Assembly: GCA_963675155.1 (NCBI GenBank)
Contig: OY775912.1
Location: forward strand, 296,058-360,057
Length of the DNA stretch: 64,000 nucleotides
Source of the DNA: Anaerohalosphaeraceae bacterium
GTDB lineage: Bacteria > Planctomycetota > Phycisphaerae > Sedimentisphaerales > Anaerohalosphaeraceae
Direction of reading: 5' to 3'
Both the position numbers and the translations under genes were made by a program. Shown here piece by piece: positions 19,993-29,056 of this stretch; within the stretch, counting starts at the first letter, position 1; each line of letters starts with the position of its first letter. The notes beneath the pieces are model-generated. The model saw only the letters and a list, made by a program, of their open reading frames with translations. It ran no database searches and had not been told where the DNA came from.

Positions 19993-21522
19993 ATGTATAA
20001 AAAAGTCAATCTCGTCTTATTTTTTATTCTATTATCTTCGGTTTCATTGAAAGCAGATTATAAACTCATCTGGTCGGAGGAATTTGATCAGGCGAAAATT
20101 GACACCAAGGCATGGAAAGCTGAAACAAATCCAGGAGTTGTATACGATGCTCATCAGAAACAGTTTTACACTGATAAAGAAAGCAACAGCTTTATAAAAA
20201 ATGGAAATTTGGTCATCCGTGCCCAAAAAGAAGACTATGCGATCAATGAGTACACATCTGCCCGACTGAATACGTATGGCGCGTTTGGTTTGTGTTACGG
20301 AAAGATCGAGGCCCGGATCAAAACAGCAAGTGCAGACGGAGTTCAATGTAAACTCTTTATGCTTCCCGAAACACTGGAATACGGCGCTTGGGCTCGAAGC
20401 GGCCAGATTGATATCATGGAAACTCAGGGAGCCAATCCGGATCGCATAAAAGGCGGCATCTACCACGGCGGCCAAGGGCACTATAATAAGTACTCCGGTC
20501 GAGAATATTTATCGGAAGGTGTGGATTTCTCAGATGACTATCATGTCTATACGATCGAGTGGCAACCCTATGAAATACGATGGTTCATTGACGGAAAACT
20601 TTATGCCATGCAGAATCAATGGAGCAGTTTTTCTGCGGACTACCCGGCACCATTCGACAAGCGATTTTATCTAATATTAAGTGTTGCCGTTGCCGGCGAT
20701 ACAGATGACAGTCAACTCCCGGCTGAAATGAGTGTTGATTGGATTCGGGCCTATCAAATCGAAGGCGATAATCAGCCTCCTCGAATTAAAATCACTTCTC
20801 CGGCCAATAACGCAGCAGTCGATGCGGGAAATCTTCAGGTCGCTGTTAACGCAACAGATGCAGATAATAACCTTGAAAAAGTTGAATTTTACAATCATTA
20901 CGACTTATTGGGAGTTGCCACAGATGCTCCTTATAGTTTTACCTGGGATGTGCCCGATGGGTGCCATCTGCTCATCGCAAGAGCTGTTGACAGTTCCGGA
21001 TTCGGGTACAGCAACAGTGTTGAGATTGTGGCCGGGGTCGGTTGTCCGCCCACACCTTATCACGGCAGTCCCGTTAACCTGCCCGGAAGGATAGAAGCCG
21101 AGGATTTTGACACAAGCCCAAAAGAAAAAGCTTACTGGGACTTTGATGAAAGCAACAACGGCGGCGCTTACCGTAAAACCGGTGTTGACATTCAGGATTG
21201 CCTTGAAGGCGGCTACAATCTCGCTTGGATCGAATCGGGGGAATGGGTGGAATATACGGTAAACGTCAAAAAAGACGGCATGTATGACATCATATGTCGG
21301 ACCAGCTCACCGTTAGACGGGGGCAAGCTGCATGTAGAGTTTGACGGAGAGAATAAAACAGGGACCCTGCAGGTTGTAAATACAGGTGACTGGCAGAATT
21401 ACACACATCTGATCAAAAAAAATGTGCCTCTCAAAGCAGGTGTCCGGAAGATGAAAGTTGTCATAGAAAACGGTGGTTTAAATCTCAACTACATTGAAGT
21501 GAACGCTTCAATGTCTCCTTGA
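19993..21522 (+). CDS. GH16-like domain with Gln at the catalytic nucleophile position (QIDIME) + Ig-like domains + C-terminal CBM6/35-like module
   Basis: Signal peptide. LIWSEEFDQ GH16 start. Motif G-Q-I-D-I-M-E instead of G-E-I-D-I-M-E (codon cag at 20409-20411). C-terminal CBM6-like (GRIEAEDFD...GGYNLAWIESGEWVEYTVNV...LNLNYIEV). Confidence 0.75.
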   Translation: MYKKVNLVLFFILLSSVSLKADYKLIWSEEFDQAKIDTKAWKAETNPGVVYDAHQKQFYTDKESNSFIKNGNLVIRAQKEDYAINEYTSARLNTYGAFGLCYGKIEARIKTASADGVQCKLFMLPETLEYGAWARSGQIDIMETQGANPDRIKGGIYHGGQGHYNKYSGREYLSEGVDFSDDYHVYTIEWQPYEIRWFIDGKLYAMQNQWSSFSADYPAPFDKRFYLILSVAVAGDTDDSQLPAEMSVDWIRAYQIEGDNQPPRIKITSPANNAAVDAGNLQVAVNATDADNNLEKVEFYNHYDLLGVATDAPYSFTWDVPDGCHLLIARAVDSSGFGYSNSVEIVAGVGCPPTPYHGSPVNLPGRIEAEDFDTSPKEKAYWDFDESNNGGAYRKTGVDIQDCLEGGYNLAWIESGEWVEYTVNVKKDGMYDIICRTSSPLDGGKLHVEFDGENKTGTLQVVNTGDWQNYTHLIKKNVPLKAGVRKMKVVIENGGLNLNYIEVNASMSP

Positions 21523-21634
21523 CCGGGATAATTTCTGAATTTTGTGCGGATAATTATCTTGCCAAGATTTTGTTCTGTCATATGATTTGAATTCATCGGT
21601 TGTCTCGGGAAATTGTTTAATCAATCAGGGAGAG

Positions 21635-23992
21635 ATGATGAAGGCATGCAATATTTTGACGGTATCGGTTTTGGCGGCGACGCTTACACTGGCCCCGGCG
21701 TATGGCCAAACCATTCTAATCGATTTTGGTAACGCTTCTTCGTGGCGTGGAGTTGACACGCCGAGTCCCGATGAAAACGGAAACTCCTGGAACTGCGTGT
21801 GGAGTGCCGCTTACTATCCCAACTTAATTGACATTGACGGAAATGTTACGCCCGTCGACTTTGGTTTTTCTTCTGCCGGCGGAACCGACAGCTATAACAG
21901 TCCTGCAGGTGTCACTTCTGATCCCGTTACTCAGGCAATGATTGACGCGACGGACATCAATGCCGCAGCCCTGGGCAACCTGGGTGTCAATGAGGCGGCA
22001 ATGGACTTCTACGATTCGTCGACATTTGAGATTCAAGGGTTGGATCCGACAAAAACCTATGATCTGACTTTTTTTGGATCACACAAGTACAGCGACGATG
22101 ACACGACGGTCTATTCGGTCTACACCGACAATACGCTTACCACTCTGGTCGACTTGGCCAGCCTTAATGTTCAGCAAAGCGGAAGTCCCTCGCTGCACAA
22201 TCGGGATATGGTTGTGACGATCACCGGACTGTCCCCGCAGGCTGCCAATAGCCTGTATATCAGGTTTACCGGCTCAAACGGAAATTTAGGCTATCTCAAC
22301 TGCATGCAGATCGAGGAAGTCTCCGGAGACATGACAACCAATCCCCTTCCCGGTGATGGTGAGACCGTCGCAATGCTCACAACGAATTTGATATGGAACC
22401 AGCCCAGTGAGTATTCTCCCATGAAGTATGTTCTCCGTTTTCGTGCCAATAATTCCAACTGGCTTGATACGGCCAACACAACTGTGGTGGACCCCGTGGT
22501 CGATCTTGATCTTGACGGCGATGTGTCCACAACCGAAGCTGCGGTGCCGGTCGCACTGGATTACAATACTGTCTATTATTGGAAAGTTACTGCATTTGAG
22601 TCCGCCGCTCCGTCTCCCATCGAACATGACGGGCCGGTCTGGTCGTTCACGACCGAAACAGACACTTCCAGCTCCCCAGTTCGCAAAAAGATAATGGCTC
22701 ATTACATGCCGTGGTATCAGTCGCAACCCATCAGCGGATACTGGGGCTGGCACTGGCATATGAACCATTTCAGTCCGCCGACCACCATTGCATCGCACTA
22801 CCATCCCCTCTTTGGGCCCTACGACTCCAGTGACCCGCACGTCTTAGCGTCTCAGTCGCTTTTGATGAAGTTCGGGGGAATCGACGGGATGATTGCCGAT
22901 TGGTACGGCATTGAGGATTTTTGGGATTACGGCCGCGTAAGGGACGCTACGAATGCCTTTGTCCCCTATATCAAGCAGGCCCAACTAGAATTTTCCATCT
23001 GCTATGAAGACCAGACCGTTGGCCATATGCTCAACAATGGTCACTTTGCAGACAGAAATGAGGCCGTTGCACATGGTGTAGAGGTTATGGAGTGGCTGGA
23101 CAACCACTATTTTAGTGACTCCTCGTACCTGAAAATAGACGGCAGGCCGGTCTTGCTTTGTTTTGGCCCGCAATTTTTTACATACAGTGAATGGGAGCTG
23201 TTGTTTGAGGCACCGGTTTCGCCGCCGCACTTTTTCCCGCTGAAGTATCACACCGCGCCAAACACCGGTGAATTTGACTGGCCGTCTCCGGGTGCCGGCA
23301 CCGAAGGGATTACCTCGAATCTCAACGCTTTTTACGACAGGGCTGCTTCTTTGGGATGGGATCATTACGTTGGCGGTGTCTTTCCCCGGTTTCATGATAT
23401 TTACGAAGAGGCCGGAATAGGGTCTTCTTACGGCTATATTGACGATCAGGATACGGCTACTTTCACCCAAACACTGGAAAGAGCAATCTTAAGCGATGCC
23501 GATATTGTTCAAATTGTGACGTGGAACGATTACGGAGAAGGCACGGTGATTGAGCCAACTGAGGAAGACAGCTATACGTACCTGGAAATTATTCAACAGT
23601 ATCGAACCCGTTATATTGATCCGAATTTTCCCTACACGGCTGCGGACCTGAGACTTCCCACAAGACTGTATGCGATGCGGCAGACCTACCAAGCCGATCC
23701 CGTAAAAATGACTCAGCTTGATTCCGTTGAAGCCTGTTTATTTGCCGACCAGCTGGCACAGGCTGAAATGCTGATGAATCAGATTGATTGCGACACTGTC
23801 ATTGTAGGAGATTTTAATGCCGACTGCAGGGTGAGCCTCTTCGACTTTGAGCTGTTATCCGATGCATGGCTCAGCGGGGCCGCTGATCCGAATTGGCGTC
23901 CCGAGGTTGACATCAGCGACCCCAAAGATGGTAAGATTGACATTCTGGATTTGCGTCAATTTGCTGAAAATTGGCTGGAAATCAATTTATGA
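21635..23992 (+). CDS. secreted protein: novel ~220-aa N-terminal domain (paralog family A) + Ig-like domain + GH99/GH71-like glycosidase domain + dockerin-like C-terminus
   Basis: Signal peptide MMKACNILTVSVLAATLTLAPAYG. N-domain shared with 26609 and 27500. GH99-like start pattern AHYMPWYQSQPISGYWGWHWHMNHFSPP...FGPYDSSDPHV...GIDGMIADWYG. C-terminal GDFNADCRVSLFDFELLSDAWL and DPKDGKIDILDLRQFAENWLE. Confidence 0.55.
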   Translation: MMKACNILTVSVLAATLTLAPAYGQTILIDFGNASSWRGVDTPSPDENGNSWNCVWSAAYYPNLIDIDGNVTPVDFGFSSAGGTDSYNSPAGVTSDPVTQAMIDATDINAAALGNLGVNEAAMDFYDSSTFEIQGLDPTKTYDLTFFGSHKYSDDDTTVYSVYTDNTLTTLVDLASLNVQQSGSPSLHNRDMVVTITGLSPQAANSLYIRFTGSNGNLGYLNCMQIEEVSGDMTTNPLPGDGETVAMLTTNLIWNQPSEYSPMKYVLRFRANNSNWLDTANTTVVDPVVDLDLDGDVSTTEAAVPVALDYNTVYYWKVTAFESAAPSPIEHDGPVWSFTTETDTSSSPVRKKIMAHYMPWYQSQPISGYWGWHWHMNHFSPPTTIASHYHPLFGPYDSSDPHVLASQSLLMKFGGIDGMIADWYGIEDFWDYGRVRDATNAFVPYIKQAQLEFSICYEDQTVGHMLNNGHFADRNEAVAHGVEVMEWLDNHYFSDSSYLKIDGRPVLLCFGPQFFTYSEWELLFEAPVSPPHFFPLKYHTAPNTGEFDWPSPGAGTEGITSNLNAFYDRAASLGWDHYVGGVFPRFHDIYEEAGIGSSYGYIDDQDTATFTQTLERAILSDADIVQIVTWNDYGEGTVIEPTEEDSYTYLEIIQQYRTRYIDPNFPYTAADLRLPTRLYAMRQTYQADPVKMTQLDSVEACLFADQLAQAEMLMNQIDCDTVIVGDFNADCRVSLFDFELLSDAWLSGAADPNWRPEVDISDPKDGKIDILDLRQFAENWLEINL

Positions 23993-24194
23993 TGAGAATC
24001 TCCTGATTGCGATAAGGTGTGTCAGTTCATTTCTTTATAGTACTCGATTATTGGCGTCTTGTTTCTAATGTGAGGCCTGAGATGGGATAGAGAAGGTAAA
24101 GTCGAAAAATTATGAAATAATTTAAAAAACGCAGGGTGTCAAATCTGACAAATCTGGAATATCTATATGAAGTACCTTTTTCCTGAGGAGGATT

Positions 24195-24746
24195 ATGGGT
24201 CATATAAATAATTCAACCAGCACCGAAGAACGTTCGAAAAGGTTCATCTCTTTGTTGATGCCTGTCCAGCGAAAAGTGTATGCTTATGTCGCTTATCACG
24301 TTCCCGATAAGAATAACTCCGATGACCTTTTTCAAGAAGTCGTCGCAACCCTATTAACCAAGTTTGACGATTACGAAGAAGGTACGAGCTTCCTGAAGTG
24401 GGCCATCACTGTTGCCAAATATAAGATTCTTTCTTTTCACCGAGATAACAAACGCATGAAGATTGTGTTTGATGAAGCCGACATGGACCAAATTTATATC
24501 GAAGCGCAGGAAAAGATTGAGTCGCTGGAGGAAGAGTCAAAGGCATTAACAGGATGCTTAGAGAAATTATCCGATAAGCAGCGAAGCTTGGTGAATTATC
24601 GATACGGCTATGAAATGACCTACCGTCAAATTGCAAAAAAACTCAATATTTCAATGCAATCGACATACAGAGCAATTTATCGTATCCATGGATCCCTCCT
24701 GAAATGTATTCATCTGTCATTGAAGTTCAGAGGTGTCAATGAATAA
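24195..24746 (+). CDS. ECF-type sigma-70 family sigma factor (paralog of 5329..5853)
   Basis: Region 2 (DDLFQEVVATLLTKFDDYEE...LKWAITVAKYKILSFHRDNKRMK). Region 4 (LVNYRYGYEMTYRQIAKKLNISMQSTYRAIYRIHGSL). RBS gaggagg. Overlaps the downstream anti-sigma. Confidence 0.85.
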   Translation: MGHINNSTSTEERSKRFISLLMPVQRKVYAYVAYHVPDKNNSDDLFQEVVATLLTKFDDYEEGTSFLKWAITVAKYKILSFHRDNKRMKIVFDEADMDQIYIEAQEKIESLEEESKALTGCLEKLSDKQRSLVNYRYGYEMTYRQIAKKLNISMQSTYRAIYRIHGSLLKCIHLSLKFRGVNE

Positions 24747-26466
24747 TAACGACTCATTTTTAGACAATTATCCCGAGTTCTTCCCTCTCATTGCAGACAG
24801 AGAGATGACCGATGAAGAGTTTGAAGTGGTTAAAGCTTTACTGAAAACCAATCAAGCGGCCCGAAACGCTTATTTTGACATGATTAACCTTGAAGTCTTG
24901 TTACGGGACTCAAAAGAGCTGGGGGAAGGATTTGAGGGAAACCCCTGTATTGACATGGATTTTTGGCGACTTCTGGCTCACGAAGAAGAAACAAAACCAG
25001 CCATTGAAATCCCCCCCCAACAGCCGCCCCGGGAGTTGATACAAAAGGTTATTTGGCCTCAGAAAAATAAATATAAAGTGAGTAAATTCAGCATTTTTGG
25101 AATTGCGATGAATGTTGCGGCGATCCTTTTTGTCGTTCTGTTTTTGAAGTTTGCTCCCCAGCGATTTCACGCCTTTGAGGTTGCAACTCTGGTTGATCAA
25201 TTGAATGTCAAATGGGCTCATCCCGATAAAATCCGGGGAAAAGGAAGCCGTTTATGGACCGATGAAGGGCTGTTGGATTTGAAACAGGGAATGGTTAAAA
25301 TCCGATATGACGACGGCGTCGACGTTGTGATTGAAGGACCGGCATTATTTGAAATTAACCAATCGCAGGTTTATCTTGAATACGGACGTTTATACGGCTG
25401 TGTTTCGAAGTCGGGCTTGGGATTTAGAGTGGAAACGCCCACGTCACAGTTTTTGGATCATGGAACTGAATTCGGCGTATTGGCTAATATTGACGGCTCC
25501 TCGGAATTGCATGTCATGGAAGGTAAAGTTGAATTATTTACCGGTTCCAGAGGCCAATTCAAAAGCTGTCAGATGGTGCCTGAAAAAAAGGCAATAAAGT
25601 ATAATGCGACGATCGATCAAGTCAACAAGATCCCTATTCAAAAAGAGGTCTTCGCTCGGTCTTTCAATTCCGAAAGCAAGATGGTCTGGCGAGGCAAGAT
25701 GCATCTCAATCTGGCCGATATCATCGGTGGCGGCAATGGTTTTGGAGATGGGGCAATCGATGCAGGAATCGATGCGACCACCGGAAAAACGCTGGACCGT
25801 CTTTTGAATTATAATCCATTTGAAGGTTCTGCGGGATATAAGGCGGTCAGCAGCAGTCCGTATATTGACGGTGTTTTTATTCCGGGTGCCGGTGACGGTC
25901 CAATCCCCATTACGTCGGAAGGATCGTATACGGCGATATTCCCGCATACAAGCGGAGCATTGTGGGGCTATATATTCAATGGGGCATTTCATCAGGGAAC
26001 TCCTGCAACCCAAACTCCACTGGAATTAGCGGGTGTTGTTTTTGGGACGCCGGATAATCCTGCGATCACCATCCATTCGAATCAGGGGGTTACGTTCGAC
26101 CTTTCTGAAATACGAAAGAGTCTGCCGGCGTTGTCGATAACAGGCTTTCGGTCGCTTGCAGGTATTTCACAAACAGTGCAGGATGTTTTGGAGAAAAAAG
26201 AAGGTGGGGCTACTGATATTTTGCCGGAATCTCAAAAGGGTTTTAACGCTGACAGGTCAAACGTTGAATTTTGGGTTTTTCTGGACGGAAAACAGGCGTT
26301 TTGCCAGAAAATATCCAGTGCTGACGAGGCTGCTGAACTGGAGATACCCATCGCAGATAATGTTCGATTTCTGACATTGGCGGTGACAGAATCCGATGAC
26401 TCCGTTTCGTATGACTGGGCGTTATTCGGCCGACCGGAGTTGATTTTGGAGTTGGCCCGGCAGTAG
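24733..26466 (+). CDS. FecR-family transmembrane anti-sigma factor (paralog of 5853..7541)
   Basis: TM helix FSIFGIAMNVAAILFVVLFL. FecR block (GFRVETPTSQFLDHGTEFGVLANIDGSSELHVMEGKVELF). Conserved C-terminal sensor domain (VEFWVFLDGKQ...VRFLTLAVTESDD). Confidence 0.75.
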   Translation: MSMNNNDSFLDNYPEFFPLIADREMTDEEFEVVKALLKTNQAARNAYFDMINLEVLLRDSKELGEGFEGNPCIDMDFWRLLAHEEETKPAIEIPPQQPPRELIQKVIWPQKNKYKVSKFSIFGIAMNVAAILFVVLFLKFAPQRFHAFEVATLVDQLNVKWAHPDKIRGKGSRLWTDEGLLDLKQGMVKIRYDDGVDVVIEGPALFEINQSQVYLEYGRLYGCVSKSGLGFRVETPTSQFLDHGTEFGVLANIDGSSELHVMEGKVELFTGSRGQFKSCQMVPEKKAIKYNATIDQVNKIPIQKEVFARSFNSESKMVWRGKMHLNLADIIGGGNGFGDGAIDAGIDATTGKTLDRLLNYNPFEGSAGYKAVSSSPYIDGVFIPGAGDGPIPITSEGSYTAIFPHTSGALWGYIFNGAFHQGTPATQTPLELAGVVFGTPDNPAITIHSNQGVTFDLSEIRKSLPALSITGFRSLAGISQTVQDVLEKKEGGATDILPESQKGFNADRSNVEFWVFLDGKQAFCQKISSADEAAELEIPIADNVRFLTLAVTESDDSVSYDWALFGRPELILELARQ

Positions 26467-26608
26467 GGGAGGACTTGATGAGTGGTTAAAAATATGATGT
26501 TAATAAAGGTTGACAGAGATGAGAGAATTGAGCCGTCTCGCTCACACAACCACCGGATCCAATCGTAGGTCCATAAAAATTGTATAACCGGCTCAGTATT
26601 GGAGGAAC

Positions 26609-27376
26609 ATGATGGAAACACGAAATATGATGAACGTATCAATTTTGGCAGTATTACTTGTATTTGGACTGAACCTGGTTGCTCCGGTTTATGGTGTAAC
26701 CGTTCTGGTCGATTTTGGTAACAACGACTCGTATGGCGGAGTCACCGCGCCAAGTCCCGATGGAAACGGTAACTACTGGACCAGTGTCTGGAGCGGCGCC
26801 TACTATCCCGACATGGTTGACATTGACGGCAATGCCACCACCATCGACTTCGGCTTTGCCACCCCCGGCGGAACCGACAGCTACAACGGACCTGCCGGTG
26901 TCACTTCCCAGCCCGACCCAACTCAAGCGAATATTGACGCGACGGATATCGATGCCGTTGCGCTGGGCAACCTTGGCGTCAATGAGGCCGCGATGGACTT
27001 CTATACGAATTCAACATTTGAGATCCAGGGTTTGGATCCGACCAAAACCTATAATCTGACCTTCTTCGGTTCCCACAAGTGGGGTGGTCTCACAACCGTG
27101 TATTCGATTTATACCGACAACACCTATTCAACCTTGGTCGATTCAGCCAGTCTCGACGTCATGGATGCGGCCAGCAACTGGCTGCATAATCGCGATACAG
27201 TGGTGACGATCAGCGGACTGGCACCGCAGACGAGCGATATCCTGTATGTCAAGTTCGAAGGGATAAATGCCACTGAAGGTTATCTCAACGCTATGCAGAT
27301 CGAAGAAGTTCCCGAACCGGCAACGATGATATTGCTTTTGGCAGGCGGACTGCTGGCGCGTAAACGCCGACAGTAG
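26609..27376 (+). CDS. PEP-CTERM-anchored protein carrying only the novel family-A N-terminal domain
   Basis: Signal peptide. ~85% nt identity to the N-domains of 21635 and 27500. Ends MQIEEVPEPATMILLLAGGLLARKRRQ*, a classic PEP-CTERM (PEP + TM + basic tail). Confidence 0.7.
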   Translation: MMETRNMMNVSILAVLLVFGLNLVAPVYGVTVLVDFGNNDSYGGVTAPSPDGNGNYWTSVWSGAYYPDMVDIDGNATTIDFGFATPGGTDSYNGPAGVTSQPDPTQANIDATDIDAVALGNLGVNEAAMDFYTNSTFEIQGLDPTKTYNLTFFGSHKWGGLTTVYSIYTDNTYSTLVDSASLDVMDAASNWLHNRDTVVTISGLAPQTSDILYVKFEGINATEGYLNAMQIEEVPEPATMILLLAGGLLARKRRQ

Positions 27377-27499
27377 ATCGAATTTACAGCCGCCGGACTG
27401 ATGAGCATATTTACGGATCAGCAAACAGGATTGATGATATCAGGGAGTCAATAAATAGATCAGTCTAAGGTGCAAAATTGTCAAGAACAGGAGAGAACA

Positions 27500-28966
27500 A
27501 TGAAAACATGGAACATGATGACAGTATCAGTTTTAGCCATACTGCTTGCAGTCGGCTTGAACCTACCTGCCCCGGCATACGGCGAAACCGTTCTCATTGA
27601 CTTTGGGAACGATTCCTCGTGGGGCGGAGTTACCACGCCGAGTCCCGATGTAAACGGCAATTACTGGACGAGCGTCTGGAGCGACGCTTACTATCCCGAC
27701 ATGGTTGACATTGATGGTAACCCTACCACCATCGACTTCGGCTTTGCCCCGGGCGGTGCAGGCGGAACCGACAGCTACAACGGCCCGGCCGGTGTCACGT
27801 CCCAACCCGACCCCACTCCGGCGAACATTGCCGCGACGGATATCGATGCCGTTGCCCTCGGCAACCTGGGCGTCAATGAAGCGGCAATGGACTTCTATAC
27901 CTCGTCGAGTTTTGAGATTCAGGGCCTGAATCCGGACAAAACCTACAACCTGACGTTCTTTGGGTCGCATAAGTACAGTACCGATGCCACAACGGTGTAT
28001 GAGATCTATACCGATAACACCTATACCTCCATGATTGCTTCCGCCAACCTCGACATCTCAGATGCTCCACAAAGTGCATCCCACAATCGGGATATGGTGG
28101 CTACGATCAATGATCTCGACCCCCAGGATGATAATATCCTGTATGTCAAGTTTATCGGTATAGATGGTGGTTTCGGCTATCTCAACTGCATGCAGATCGA
28201 AGAAGCCCTTGGTGTTAAAGCACGGAATCCGGTACCTCGTGATGGAGCAACGGTTGTACCGGTCACAACGAATTTAAAATGGAACCGGCCGAGCGAGTAT
28301 TCACCTGCCAAGTCTGTTCTTCGTTTCCGGCCCGCTGACACTTCAGATCCCAACTGGATCGTGGTCGATCCGGTGGACGATCTTGACCTGGATGGCGATT
28401 TGGCCACGATCGAAGCAGCGGTGCCGATGGTGCTGGACTTCAACACGAAGTATGATTGGAAAGTTACTTCTTTTAAGCTTAATGACCCCAATGAGTTTGA
28501 GGGGCCGATCTGGTCGTTTACCACTGAAGCGGAACTGCGGGTAGATGCCGGTCCCAGCATCATAACCTGGCTGCAGGACGGCAGTGTCAACGTTGATTTA
28601 AACGGATCGATCACCTATCCGGATACTTTGAGCAGTATACTATGGTCTGTGGTGGATAAGCCTGTCACGGCCACGGTTGACATTGATGATGACACCTCAG
28701 CAGTCACGTCGGCGTCGCTTGATGTAACCGGCGACTATGTCCTGAAATTGTGGGCTCAGGACGATAGTGTGCCGCTCGAAGATGAAGACACTATTGAGAT
28801 CCATGTGTTCGCAGACGCCTGCCTGGCGGCCAAAGCCAATCCCGCCGGCTACACGCCTCTGTTGCATGATTCTACCGATGATTGCCGGGTAGACCTTGAA
28901 GACTTCGTGCAGTTCGCTGCCGACTGGCTCACAGACCTCTCGCTGACGGAAAACCTTGAATATTAG
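27500..28966 (+). CDS. secreted protein: family-A N-terminal domain + Ig/fn3-like domains + dockerin-like C-terminus
   Basis: Signal peptide MKTWNMMTVSVLAILLAVGLNLPAPAYG. Shared N-domain. Shared Ig-like segment (WNRPSEYSPAKSVLRFRP...YDWKVTSF). C-terminal DDCRVDLEDFVQFAADWL. Confidence 0.6.
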   Translation: MKTWNMMTVSVLAILLAVGLNLPAPAYGETVLIDFGNDSSWGGVTTPSPDVNGNYWTSVWSDAYYPDMVDIDGNPTTIDFGFAPGGAGGTDSYNGPAGVTSQPDPTPANIAATDIDAVALGNLGVNEAAMDFYTSSSFEIQGLNPDKTYNLTFFGSHKYSTDATTVYEIYTDNTYTSMIASANLDISDAPQSASHNRDMVATINDLDPQDDNILYVKFIGIDGGFGYLNCMQIEEALGVKARNPVPRDGATVVPVTTNLKWNRPSEYSPAKSVLRFRPADTSDPNWIVVDPVDDLDLDGDLATIEAAVPMVLDFNTKYDWKVTSFKLNDPNEFEGPIWSFTTEAELRVDAGPSIITWLQDGSVNVDLNGSITYPDTLSSILWSVVDKPVTATVDIDDDTSAVTSASLDVTGDYVLKLWAQDDSVPLEDEDTIEIHVFADACLAAKANPAGYTPLLHDSTDDCRVDLEDFVQFAADWLTDLSLTENLEY

Positions 28967-29056
28967 AGAGATAAATTAAACCAATTGCGGATGCTGGATC
29001 TTGCCTCGGCGATCCGGCATCCCTTCATTTCCAGAAAGATAATCAACTGACAACGA

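Noticed and set aside
21635-28966. Three ~650-bp near-identical repeats considered as IS/MITE-type mobile elements
   Set aside because: They are in-frame with signal peptides and continue into different C-terminal domains. They are domain duplications of protein-coding genes, not mobile DNA.
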